Under the pieces are notes generated by a model. That model was not told where the DNA came from, did not search any database, and worked only from the letters and a program-made list of their open reading frames with translations. Shown here piece by piece: positions 1 through 6,202 of a stretch of 12,529 bases of DNA. How positions within the stretch are numbered: the first letter of the stretch is position 1; every line of letters starts with the position of its first letter. The translations under genes and the position numbers were made by a program. The DNA lies in the IMG/VR virus record IMGVR_UViG_3300017593_000998, positions 1-12,529 of that record; one strand, written 5' to 3'.

Positions 1-1013
1 TCGCCACCGCACGACTCAACGCACTGGTCGTAGCTGTCCATCGCCGACTGGACGAAGTTGAGGTAGTACTTGAAGTTCTCGGAGCGCCTCGATTCCATCC
101 TATCAAAGGTCACGCACACGGTGGCCACTATGAGGGCCACGAGGATTAGTGCCACGATGTACCCCGGAATTGGCAGTCCGAGCCCGCCGACACGGCGCAC
201 CGGCATGTAAACTATGTATCCGTCGCTCGTCTCCTCGACGTACGGCCCGGTGACGGCCTTTCCAGAGTCCGTAGTGTAGGGCGTCGGGTCAAGCGCCAGC
301 CCGAAGCCCGCCAGCAGGTTCTGGATGTCGTCAATCTGGCCCTTTATCTTGCGCTCGTAGACGTACTCGGCCACCGAGCTGAAGCCCGGAATCTTGTAAA
401 CGATGCCCTCCGGCTTCTTGTAGTAGAACTTGAACACGTCCCTGTCGGCGGTGAGCGTGGTGAACGGCATATCGAGGAGCCTTGCCTCGTAGCCGACCCA
501 GTAGTAGCCGTCCGGGATGACTACCGTTTGCAGGTCCATGCACCCAAGTACCGGGTCGTAGCGCGTGCACACCTGCAACTGCCTGGTCTTTAGGTTGGAG
601 CTCGGGTAGCGGCCCCACATGACGCCCGACTTCCACTCCCTATACTGCGTTTCGAGCGGCCTGTCCTCCGGCTTGTTCAGCCCGGCGTAGAGCAGGTGGG
701 TCGCCGTCTTGTAGTCCACGAGCAGGACTGGAAACATGGTGGCGTACTGCCTGCCCTGCTCGTCCGTCTTGACGTAGTACTGGAGGAAGATACGGTGGAC
801 GTTCGGCGAGTAGCGCACCCTTATGTCGCCGATGACCTTCTCCTTGTACGTGCTGAGCACCTGCGACGGGATCTGGAAGGTCTCCGGGTCAAAGGGGACG
901 TACATCACAGTGCCCCAGCCCCCCACCTTGAAGAGGTTGAGCGCTGGCGCGTCAGTAGGTTCAAGGGGCGGGCTGACCGCTATCAGCTTACCCTCCTTAA
1001 CCAGCATGGTCAT
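1..1013 (-). CDS. Membrane protein, >337 aa, truncated by the window edge; contains a diverged copy of the W/Y-rich repeat domain and a TM helix (absent from the ORF track)
   Basis: ATG at 1013 after GGGGGAGGCGGTGA, 3 nt past the upstream stop. The frame is open to the window edge: MTMLVKEGKLIAVSPPLEP...LLYAGLNKPEDRPLETQYREWKSG...DGYYWVGYEARLL...GLPIPGYIVALILVALIVATVCVTF (TM)...DSYDQCVESCGG. Confidence 0.9.
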   Translation of the reverse strand, partial: MTMLVKEGKLIAVSPPLEPTDAPALNLFKVGGWGTVMYVPFDPETFQIPSQVLSTYKEKVIGDIRVRYSPNVHRIFLQYYVKTDEQGRQYATMFPVLLVDYKTATHLLYAGLNKPEDRPLETQYREWKSGVMWGRYPSSNLKTRQLQVCTRYDPVLGCMDLQTVVIPDGYYWVGYEARLLDMPFTTLTADRDVFKFYYKKPEGIVYKIPGFSSVAEYVYERKIKGQIDDIQNLLAGFGLALDPTPYTTDSGKAVTGPYVEETSDGYIVYMPVRRVGGLGLPIPGYIVALILVALIVATVCVTFDRMESRRSENFKYYLNFVQSAMDSYDQCVESCGG

Positions 1014-1016
1014 AAC

Positions 1017-1448
1017 TCACCGCCTCCCCCTAGTTCCAGCGTAGTCGAGCGCCAGCAGGATTAGGGCGTAAGCGCCGAGAAGCTTCAGCATCCCAATCAT
1101 GTTGCTCTTGCTGTCAACTGTCAGCTTTGCGGGGTACTGGACGAGGTACCACAAACCGTCGCTCTGGCAGTACTGCCTCTCCAGCTCAACGCCGTTCATC
1201 CAGTTCTGCACAATCTGGTCAACCGTATGGTCGGGTGGCTTGGAGGGGCTCTTGTAAATGACGCGCACCTTTGAAGGGTCGCCGTAGATTGTCAAATGAG
1301 CCCCCATCACGTCCGGGTTTACCTGCTTAACTATGTCGGTAACGTCAATTATTGGGCTGGTCTGGTTCGCCCATCTCACAAGGCGCGGGCTGTTCTTGTA
1401 GGTGTTCACCATCCCGCTTATGAGCGTCTCGACGCTACACTCCACCAT
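1017..1448 (-). CDS. 143-aa protein: one copy of the W/Y/C-rich repeat domain plus a C-terminal membrane anchor
   Basis: RBS GGAGGTGA 5 nt before ATG. Clearly homologous to the N-terminal domain of 2354..4390 (WANQxSP, DVT, LTIYGD, NWxxGVExERQYCQxDGxWY). Ends MIGMLKLLGAYALILLAL followed by RGRR. Confidence 0.9.
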   Translation of the reverse strand: MVECSVETLISGMVNTYKNSPRLVRWANQTSPIIDVTDIVKQVNPDVMGAHLTIYGDPSKVRVIYKSPSKPPDHTVDQIVQNWMNGVELERQYCQSDGLWYLVQYPAKLTVDSKSNMIGMLKLLGAYALILLALDYAGTRGRR

Positions 1449-1460
1449 GCTATCACCTCC

Positions 1461-1928
1461 TCAGCCGAACAGCAGTATGCCGCCGATAATCAGGGGCAGG
1501 AGCAGGTTGCCGCCCTCCTCCTCAGCGGGCGCCTGTGCCTCCCCCGTCGTCTCCGGTGTCTTTGTCGCCGTGCCCTGTATGGTGACGACGAAGCTGTCCC
1601 CGGCAATCTTCTCGCCGTCGGGCCCCCTGAACTCGACGACGAACCGCACCGGCCCGCTCACCGGCACGGCGTTACTGGGGCAAGTGATTGGGTAACCCGT
1701 CACCGTGTAGCCCTCGACGACGGTGCAGTAGGGCACCTGGACTGGAATCTCGACGTAGAGCGGCGGCTGGAGGTCGAGGACGGGGCTGGTCTGCCACTCA
1801 AGGCCGGCGCCCCTGACGACGAAGTACCCGCTGACCGGTGGCTGTGCGTAGTCGAGGACGACCTGGATGTTCATGACTTCGCCCGACCGATAGACAGACC
1901 TGTCGGGCCTCGCTGACATTACTACCAT
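1461..1928 (-). CDS. 155-aa protein: complete Ig-like domain, acidic linker and C-terminal TM anchor
   Basis: RBS GGAGGTGG. Ig-like opening PDRSVYRSGEVMNIQV. Last two strands GPVRFVVEFRG and EKIAGDSFVVTI. One Cys pair. Ends in hydrophobic LLLPLIIGGILLFG. Confidence 0.85.
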   Translation of the reverse strand: MVVMSARPDRSVYRSGEVMNIQVVLDYAQPPVSGYFVVRGAGLEWQTSPVLDLQPPLYVEIPVQVPYCTVVEGYTVTGYPITCPSNAVPVSGPVRFVVEFRGPDGEKIAGDSFVVTIQGTATKTPETTGEAQAPAEEEGGNLLLPLIIGGILLFG

Positions 1929-1944
1929 CTTTCACCACCTCCTT

Positions 1945-1999
1945 TGAAGGCTGGGGGCCCCCACCGTGGACGGCGGAGGGTCAGCCTCCGGCTCCTTCA
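1945..1999. other. GC-rich, highly self-complementary intergenic segment
   Basis: TGAAGG (1945-1950) and CCTTCA (1994-1999) enclose the palindrome TGGGGGCCCCCA (1952-1963), CCGTggACGG (1964-1973) and CGGAGG-gtcag-CCTCCG (1974-1990). Confidence 0.45.
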
Positions 2000-2332
2000 G
2001 ATTGGCACAGCGTAGTCCTCCGGAACGTACATACTGACGCTAACTGACCCGGTGTACGTTCCTGAAGTCGTCGGGGCCGTGAAGGTGAACGATTTGCTCC
2101 CTCTGCCTTTAGAGCCGACTGATATAGTGCCGCTCTGTGTCTTTCCGAATAGCTTGGCTATAATGGAGAAGTTTGCTGAAAACGGGTTGGGGTTGTCCAC
2201 TGTAACAGTTACCGTCACGGGCTCCCCCGGGGCAACTGCCGTTTTGTTTAGGGCTACGTCGAAGCTACCTTTTTGGGCCACCGGCTTCACGGTTACGCTC
2301 ATAGACCTGGTTCCCAGGCTAATCCACCCCAC
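1997..2332 (-). CDS. 111-aa protein: N-terminal putative donor strand plus a CARDB/Ig-like domain apparently lacking its last strand
   Basis: RBS GGGGGTGA upstream. Starts MGWISLGTRSMSVTV. Ig pattern LNKTAVAPGEPVTVTVTVDN...KSFTFTAPTTSGTYTGSVSVSMY, then only VPEDYAVPI*. Confidence 0.88.
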   Translation of the reverse strand: MGWISLGTRSMSVTVKPVAQKGSFDVALNKTAVAPGEPVTVTVTVDNPNPFSANFSIIAKLFGKTQSGTISVGSKGRGSKSFTFTAPTTSGTYTGSVSVSMYVPEDYAVPI

Positions 2333-2353
2333 TCATATCACCCCCTACAATTT

Positions 2354-4390
2354 TTAGTAATACGCGTAAAGCTCGACCTTAACCCCATGCTCACCCACCT
2401 TAACATCCGGGGGGACTGTTATTGGGGCCTCGATTATCGTCGGGCTTGTGGTTGCAGTGACCTCTTCTGACTCGTAGTGCCTGCCGAATGCGTCAATGCC
2501 GAGCTTGAACTTTAGACTACCCGGCGCCTCCCAGTTGACTTTTGCTATTATTTTCAGGGTGTCGCCGGCCGCTACTGTGGTCTTGTCAACGCTGGCCTCC
2601 CAGCCGATTGTTGGAGCTGTTACGTAAACCTGCTTTGACATTGCATAGAACCCACTATCAGAGTATCTAAGCAATATCAGCGTGAGCGTGTGGTAGCCAG
2701 TTGATAGTGGTGGTAGCTTTGCAACTTTCGTGAACCTTCTCTGCCCGGCCTTCCAAGCGTCGTAGTTGACCTCTACCTGGTCAACCAGCTTGCCGTCCAC
2801 GAATAGCTTCGCGCCCCAGGGCCTTTCGTAATGTGTCACGTACCCTCCAACGTCATAGTTGTAAGCCACAACTCTTACGTAACCCTCAACCCCAAACTCT
2901 ACTGTCCCATCGCTCCTTATATTTAGTATTGGAGTCGCCCTGGGTGCATTGTACTTAAATTCGGCCGGTATCTTGACCCAGTACCACTTTCCGCTCTTTG
3001 AAGAGTACATTCTTTCCATTTCGTAGCCTTCCAGCCAGCCCTTGACCACCTTAGTGCAGAAAGTATAACCATCGCTGTACCTGTCGGGCGGTTTGTCCCA
3101 GCCGTATTCAATGACTTCAATCTGGCTCGGCCTGTCTAGGTAGAGCTTCACCGTGCCGCCACTGGAGTAGTTGTCGTCTGCGTATCTTAGGCGGGTTCCG
3201 AATACAGTTATTTCGTCCAAGTATTCATAAGTTGGGTACTTTCTGTTCATCGTTGACTTCAGCTTGCTCTCGACGTTTATTGTCGGGGTCTTGCTCCCGT
3301 AGTAGGAGACGAGCGAGTTAACGAAGTCTTGGACAGAAGGCTCCTGGGTTCCCGGGATGACCCATGAGTACTGTGCACTCTCGTCCTCAACCCAGCCACC
3401 GCTGTAAAGCTCCACGAGGCCCTTGAGCGTGTACTTTCCGGGCAGGTTTGGCATCTTGAAGGTGAATGAGCCAGAAGTGCTCTTACCACTAGCAAGGTAG
3501 TACTCCTTCGAATACACCTGGACGACCTGAGAGTTCGGCTGTACCAGGAGAAACCTAAGCCTGAATTTGTAGCTCTTGTCCCAGCCGTTGGTGTGCGTCC
3601 AGTTTACAGTCACGGTCTCTCCAAGGCCGGGGTTGGACGGGCTAAGCTTGAAGGAGAACCTTTTCACCGTTACTGCCTCAGTCTCTATGTCGAGCTTGCA
3701 CGGGTAGAGAACCCAGTACCACTTTCCAGTCTTACTGCACTGTACCCTCTCCCACTCCTGGCCAGCCATCCAGTTCTCAACGATGTTCTTCAGCGCCTCA
3801 GTGCCGTACTTCTCAATGACGGCCGGCCTGCCGTCATAGTACTTATCTGGCTTGGTGTCGTACGGGCCGATTATCTTCTGGGGCTTGCTACGATAGACTG
3901 TAAGAGTGCCCCTTATGACCTTCGGCTGGACCACGTACTGGTCAACAATGCCAGTCACGTCAACAACCGCGTCCTGCTGAACAAAGTCATTCAGAACGCA
4001 GGGTAGGGTTAGGGTGCCCTGGACTTCGAGCTTGCACGGGTAGATGACCCAGTACCACTCGCCGTCCTCCTGGCAGTACTGGCGCTCGAACTCGACGCCT
4101 GCCAGCCAGTTGTGGAGGATGTTCCACCTCGCCCTGTCGCCGTACACGCCCACGTCGGCCGGCCTGCCGTCCGGGTACGTGGTGGGTTTTGTGGAGCCGG
4201 CCTTGACGATTTTTATCCTCGCAAGGTCGTCGCCGTAAATGGTAAGGGTGGCCTTGGTGACCTTTGGGCAGACCGCCCTGACCGTCTCGGTGACATCAAG
4301 GACTGGGGAGTACTGGTTAGCCCAGCTAATGGCAGTCTTGGAGTAGTTGTTCACCATTCCGTCCCTGAATATTTTAGCGTCGCACCCCAC
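2354..4390 (-). CDS. ~678-aa modular surface or spike protein: repeat-repeat-Ig-repeat-Ig-Ig (last Ig incomplete)
   Basis: Start moved to GTG at 4390: it follows RBS GAGAGGTGA, and MGCDAK parallels MVECSV of the 143-aa paralog. Three copies of the W-x-x-G-x-E-x-E-R...G-x-W-Y-W-V domain and three Ig-like segments. Ends GEHGVKVELYAYY*. No signal peptide or TM. Confidence 0.92.
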   Translation of the reverse strand: MGCDAKIFRDGMVNNYSKTAISWANQYSPVLDVTETVRAVCPKVTKATLTIYGDDLARIKIVKAGSTKPTTYPDGRPADVGVYGDRARWNILHNWLAGVEFERQYCQEDGEWYWVIYPCKLEVQGTLTLPCVLNDFVQQDAVVDVTGIVDQYVVQPKVIRGTLTVYRSKPQKIIGPYDTKPDKYYDGRPAVIEKYGTEALKNIVENWMAGQEWERVQCSKTGKWYWVLYPCKLDIETEAVTVKRFSFKLSPSNPGLGETVTVNWTHTNGWDKSYKFRLRFLLVQPNSQVVQVYSKEYYLASGKSTSGSFTFKMPNLPGKYTLKGLVELYSGGWVEDESAQYSWVIPGTQEPSVQDFVNSLVSYYGSKTPTINVESKLKSTMNRKYPTYEYLDEITVFGTRLRYADDNYSSGGTVKLYLDRPSQIEVIEYGWDKPPDRYSDGYTFCTKVVKGWLEGYEMERMYSSKSGKWYWVKIPAEFKYNAPRATPILNIRSDGTVEFGVEGYVRVVAYNYDVGGYVTHYERPWGAKLFVDGKLVDQVEVNYDAWKAGQRRFTKVAKLPPLSTGYHTLTLILLRYSDSGFYAMSKQVYVTAPTIGWEASVDKTTVAAGDTLKIIAKVNWEAPGSLKFKLGIDAFGRHYESEEVTATTSPTIIEAPITVPPDVKVGEHGVKVELYAYY
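3690..4059. repeat. 34-bp direct repeat (32/34 identical) at 3690-3723 and 4026-4059; a 17-bp part (3711-3727) recurs at 2976-2992
   Basis: tcgagcttgcacgggtaga(ga/tg)acccagtaccact, encoding the WYWV(L/I)YPCKL ends of the repeat domains. Confidence 0.85.
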
Positions 4391-4395
4391 TGCTA

Positions 4396-4557
4396 TCACC
4401 TCTCCCTAGACATTAGGGCTATCGCCAACCCAGCAGCACCAAGCACTAAGAGCAGGCCAGACCCCTTGTCACCAGTCGGCGAAGGCGTTGGGGAGGGGGT
4501 CGGTGTAACGACCTCCACCGAGAACGTCTTTGAACCAACTGGATACCAGCTAGCCAT
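4396..4557 (-). CDS. 53-aa micro-protein: putative donor strand, Pro/Thr linker and TM anchor (absent from the ORF track)
   Basis: RBS GGGGGTGG 4 nt before ATG. MASWYPVGSKTFSVEVVTPTPSPTPSPTGDKGSGLLLVLGAAGLAIALMSRER*. Its stop lies in the RBS of the next gene, so it fills the gap exactly. Confidence 0.88.
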   Translation of the reverse strand: MASWYPVGSKTFSVEVVTPTPSPTPSPTGDKGSGLLLVLGAAGLAIALMSRER

Positions 4558-4569
4558 TATACCACCCCC

Positions 4570-4677
4570 TCAGTAGTAGGCCTCCAGCCGGACTGAACCC
4601 TGGTAGGTTCCCGGGTTCTGCGGTGCGGTGAACGTGAATGTATGGTCCCAACCACGTGCCACGTCGCCATCCAGCAT
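4570..4677 (-). pseudogene. Frameshifted or internally deleted paralog of the 111-aa Ig-like subunit
   Basis: ATG at 4670 gives MATWHVVGT (donor-strand-like). A different frame (ATG 4677) gives MLDGDVARGWDHTFTFTAPQNPGTYQGSVRLEAYY*, whose end matches SFTFTAPTTSGTYTGSVSVSMY of 1997..2332. Confidence 0.65.
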
Positions 4678-4711
4678 CCCCCCTTTTTGTTGTACGTGTA
4701 ACTAAACTGGT

Positions 4712-5035
4712 TTAACCAAACATGTGGTTTAACGCCCAGATTAGCAGCCCGCTGGATATAGCAATTGAGATTATAACAGTGGCCCCTTTTACCTTGTCTC
4801 GAAAGGATTCCAGTTGCTCGACTTTAAGCTCCAGTTCTTTTATCCTCTGGTCGGTGTCTGCCTGGTACATTTCCACCATCTCCTTCAGTTCGTCATTGTT
4901 TTTTTCCAGCATGCTAATGATTTCATCGAGCCTGCTCTTAACCCATTCAAGGTCAGTAGATAGCTTGGCGATTGCCACCCCCATATCCATCATTTTTTGG
5001 CTGAGGCCGTTTCCGGAGTTCTCCCCGCTCCCCAC
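4712..5035 (-). CDS. 107-aa coiled-coil protein with C-terminal TM helix (architecture like XhlA/holin-type viral membrane proteins)
   Basis: RBS GGGGGCGG before GTG. Heptad-like LSTDLEWVKSRLDEI...IKELELKVEQLE, then hydrophobic ATVIISIAISSGLLIWAL. Confidence 0.8.
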   Translation of the reverse strand: MGSGENSGNGLSQKMMDMGVAIAKLSTDLEWVKSRLDEIISMLEKNNDELKEMVEMYQADTDQRIKELELKVEQLESFRDKVKGATVIISIAISSGLLIWALNHMFG

Positions 5036-5060
5036 GCTACCGCCCCCTTTACGCCGTTGG

Positions 5061-5348
5061 TCAGTCCCAGTCCTCCATCTCGGAGCGCTGGTCAGTGAGG
5101 CTCTGGTGCAGGACGTCGTGGAGCTGGGCCACGTCGAGCTTCAGCGCCTCCACGTCGTTGCGGAGCCTGGCGACCTCCTCGCTGAGCTGGCGGGCTTCCC
5201 TCTGCAAGTCCATGACCATGCTCTCAACCAGCTCGACCTTACCGTTGCTGACAGCTGAGCCGACCCTGCTGAACAGCCGGTACATGACCAGCGCCACGAG
5301 CGTCCCGCCGGCCAGCACCGAGACGAAGGCCCCCGTGTCAAACATCAC
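5061..5348 (-). CDS. ~95-aa protein with N-terminal TM helix and coiled coil
   Basis: AFVSVLAGGTLVALVMY, then heptads LQREARQLSEEVARLRNDVEALKLDVAQL. Overlaps the upstream stop. Start at GTG 5348 or ATG 5345. Confidence 0.8.
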   Translation of the reverse strand: MMFDTGAFVSVLAGGTLVALVMYRLFSRVGSAVSNGKVELVESMVMDLQREARQLSEEVARLRNDVEALKLDVAQLHDVLHQSLTDQRSEMEDWD

Positions 5349-5712
5349 TGCGCACCGCCCCCAGTGTTATCTTTTTCCTCAGCCAGCCGTCGGAGAGCGT
5401 TATGGTCACTCTGTGGCCGGCGAACTCCTGTGCCGCCAGCCACACCGTCGCCTCGTCGCACACTTCCAGCTCCACCGAGCCGTGCGCCTCCTGCTGACCG
5501 TCGCCCTCTATCAGGATGATGAAGTCGGTGCCAGGCACGTCAATCCCGACGTTCACGCACTTGAAGTACGGCCTTATCCAGACCCCGAATATCAAGCCGC
5601 CGCTCTTCGTCATCCTGACCTCGTTGCCCTCGACGCCTAGCAGTTTGTACTCTGCTGGCCCACGCCCGGAAAGGAAGTAAAGGAGCCGGCGGAGGAGTTC
5701 ACCGAACCTCAT
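5338..5712 (-). CDS. 124-aa hypothetical protein, beta-rich with an amphipathic N-terminus
   Basis: Fills the gap in the operon; starts 6 nt after the upstream stop. No family recognised. Confidence 0.7.
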   Translation of the reverse strand: MRFGELLRRLLYFLSGRGPAEYKLLGVEGNEVRMTKSGGLIFGVWIRPYFKCVNVGIDVPGTDFIILIEGDGQQEAHGSVELEVCDEATVWLAAQEFAGHRVTITLSDGWLRKKITLGAVRSDV

Positions 5713-5718
5713 AGCGCA

Positions 5719-6189
5719 TCACGGGAACGTTACTGTGACGTAGATGTCAAGCAGGATTGAGCTGTCCTTCGTTATGGCCGGGTCGATGGTCACGTGGTTG
5801 AACAGGGTTCCGGTAGTGTAGTCGTTGCCGTCCGTGTGCTCGTAGATGCCGGCCTCGGTGTAGGTGTAGCCGTTCGCGTCCTCCGGCAGGTAGCGGACGT
5901 AGTACTGGACTGTGTTGTTGCTCACGGTCACCTGTCCTGTCTTGGCAGAGCTGGGAACGGCGGTGAACAGGCCGGTGTCGTTTTCGCTCGGCGTCCCCGA
6001 GCCGGTTCCGAGGACGAGGAACCAGTTCGAGGAGCCCTGGCCCTGGCCCCACGCCTGGGCAAACATCTGCTTGGCGGCGGTCGTCAGGACGTTCTTCCTC
6101 TCCACAACGTTTACAACTTCGCCGGTCTCGGCGTCCCTGGCCACGAACTTCCAGGTCGCAACCGCCCCGACGGTTTCCCCAACCTTCAT
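5719..6189 (-). CDS. 156-aa virion protein, phage tail-collar/fibre-base-like (DUF3751-like), paralog A
   Basis: RBS GGGGGTGA. Motif chain NVLTTAAK...LVLGTGSGTP..NDTGL...EDANG...TEAGIY...GTLF...ITKD...LDIYVTV, typical of this widespread phage structural family (recognised by eye). Confidence 0.75.
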   Translation of the reverse strand: MKVGETVGAVATWKFVARDAETGEVVNVVERKNVLTTAAKQMFAQAWGQGQGSSNWFLVLGTGSGTPSENDTGLFTAVPSSAKTGQVTVSNNTVQYYVRYLPEDANGYTYTEAGIYEHTDGNDYTTGTLFNHVTIDPAITKDSSILLDIYVTVTFP

Positions 6190-6202
6190 AACATCACCCC
6201 CC

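Noticed and set aside
1945-1999. Multi-stem segment as a tRNA
   Set aside because: Only 55 nt, with no T-loop or D-loop consensus and no anticodon arm geometry.
2333-2353. Stop read-through fusing the 678-aa and 111-aa genes
   Set aside because: The 21-nt gap keeps the two genes in frame, but it holds a second in-frame stop (TAA AAA TTG TAG) and its own RBS, so separate translation is more likely.
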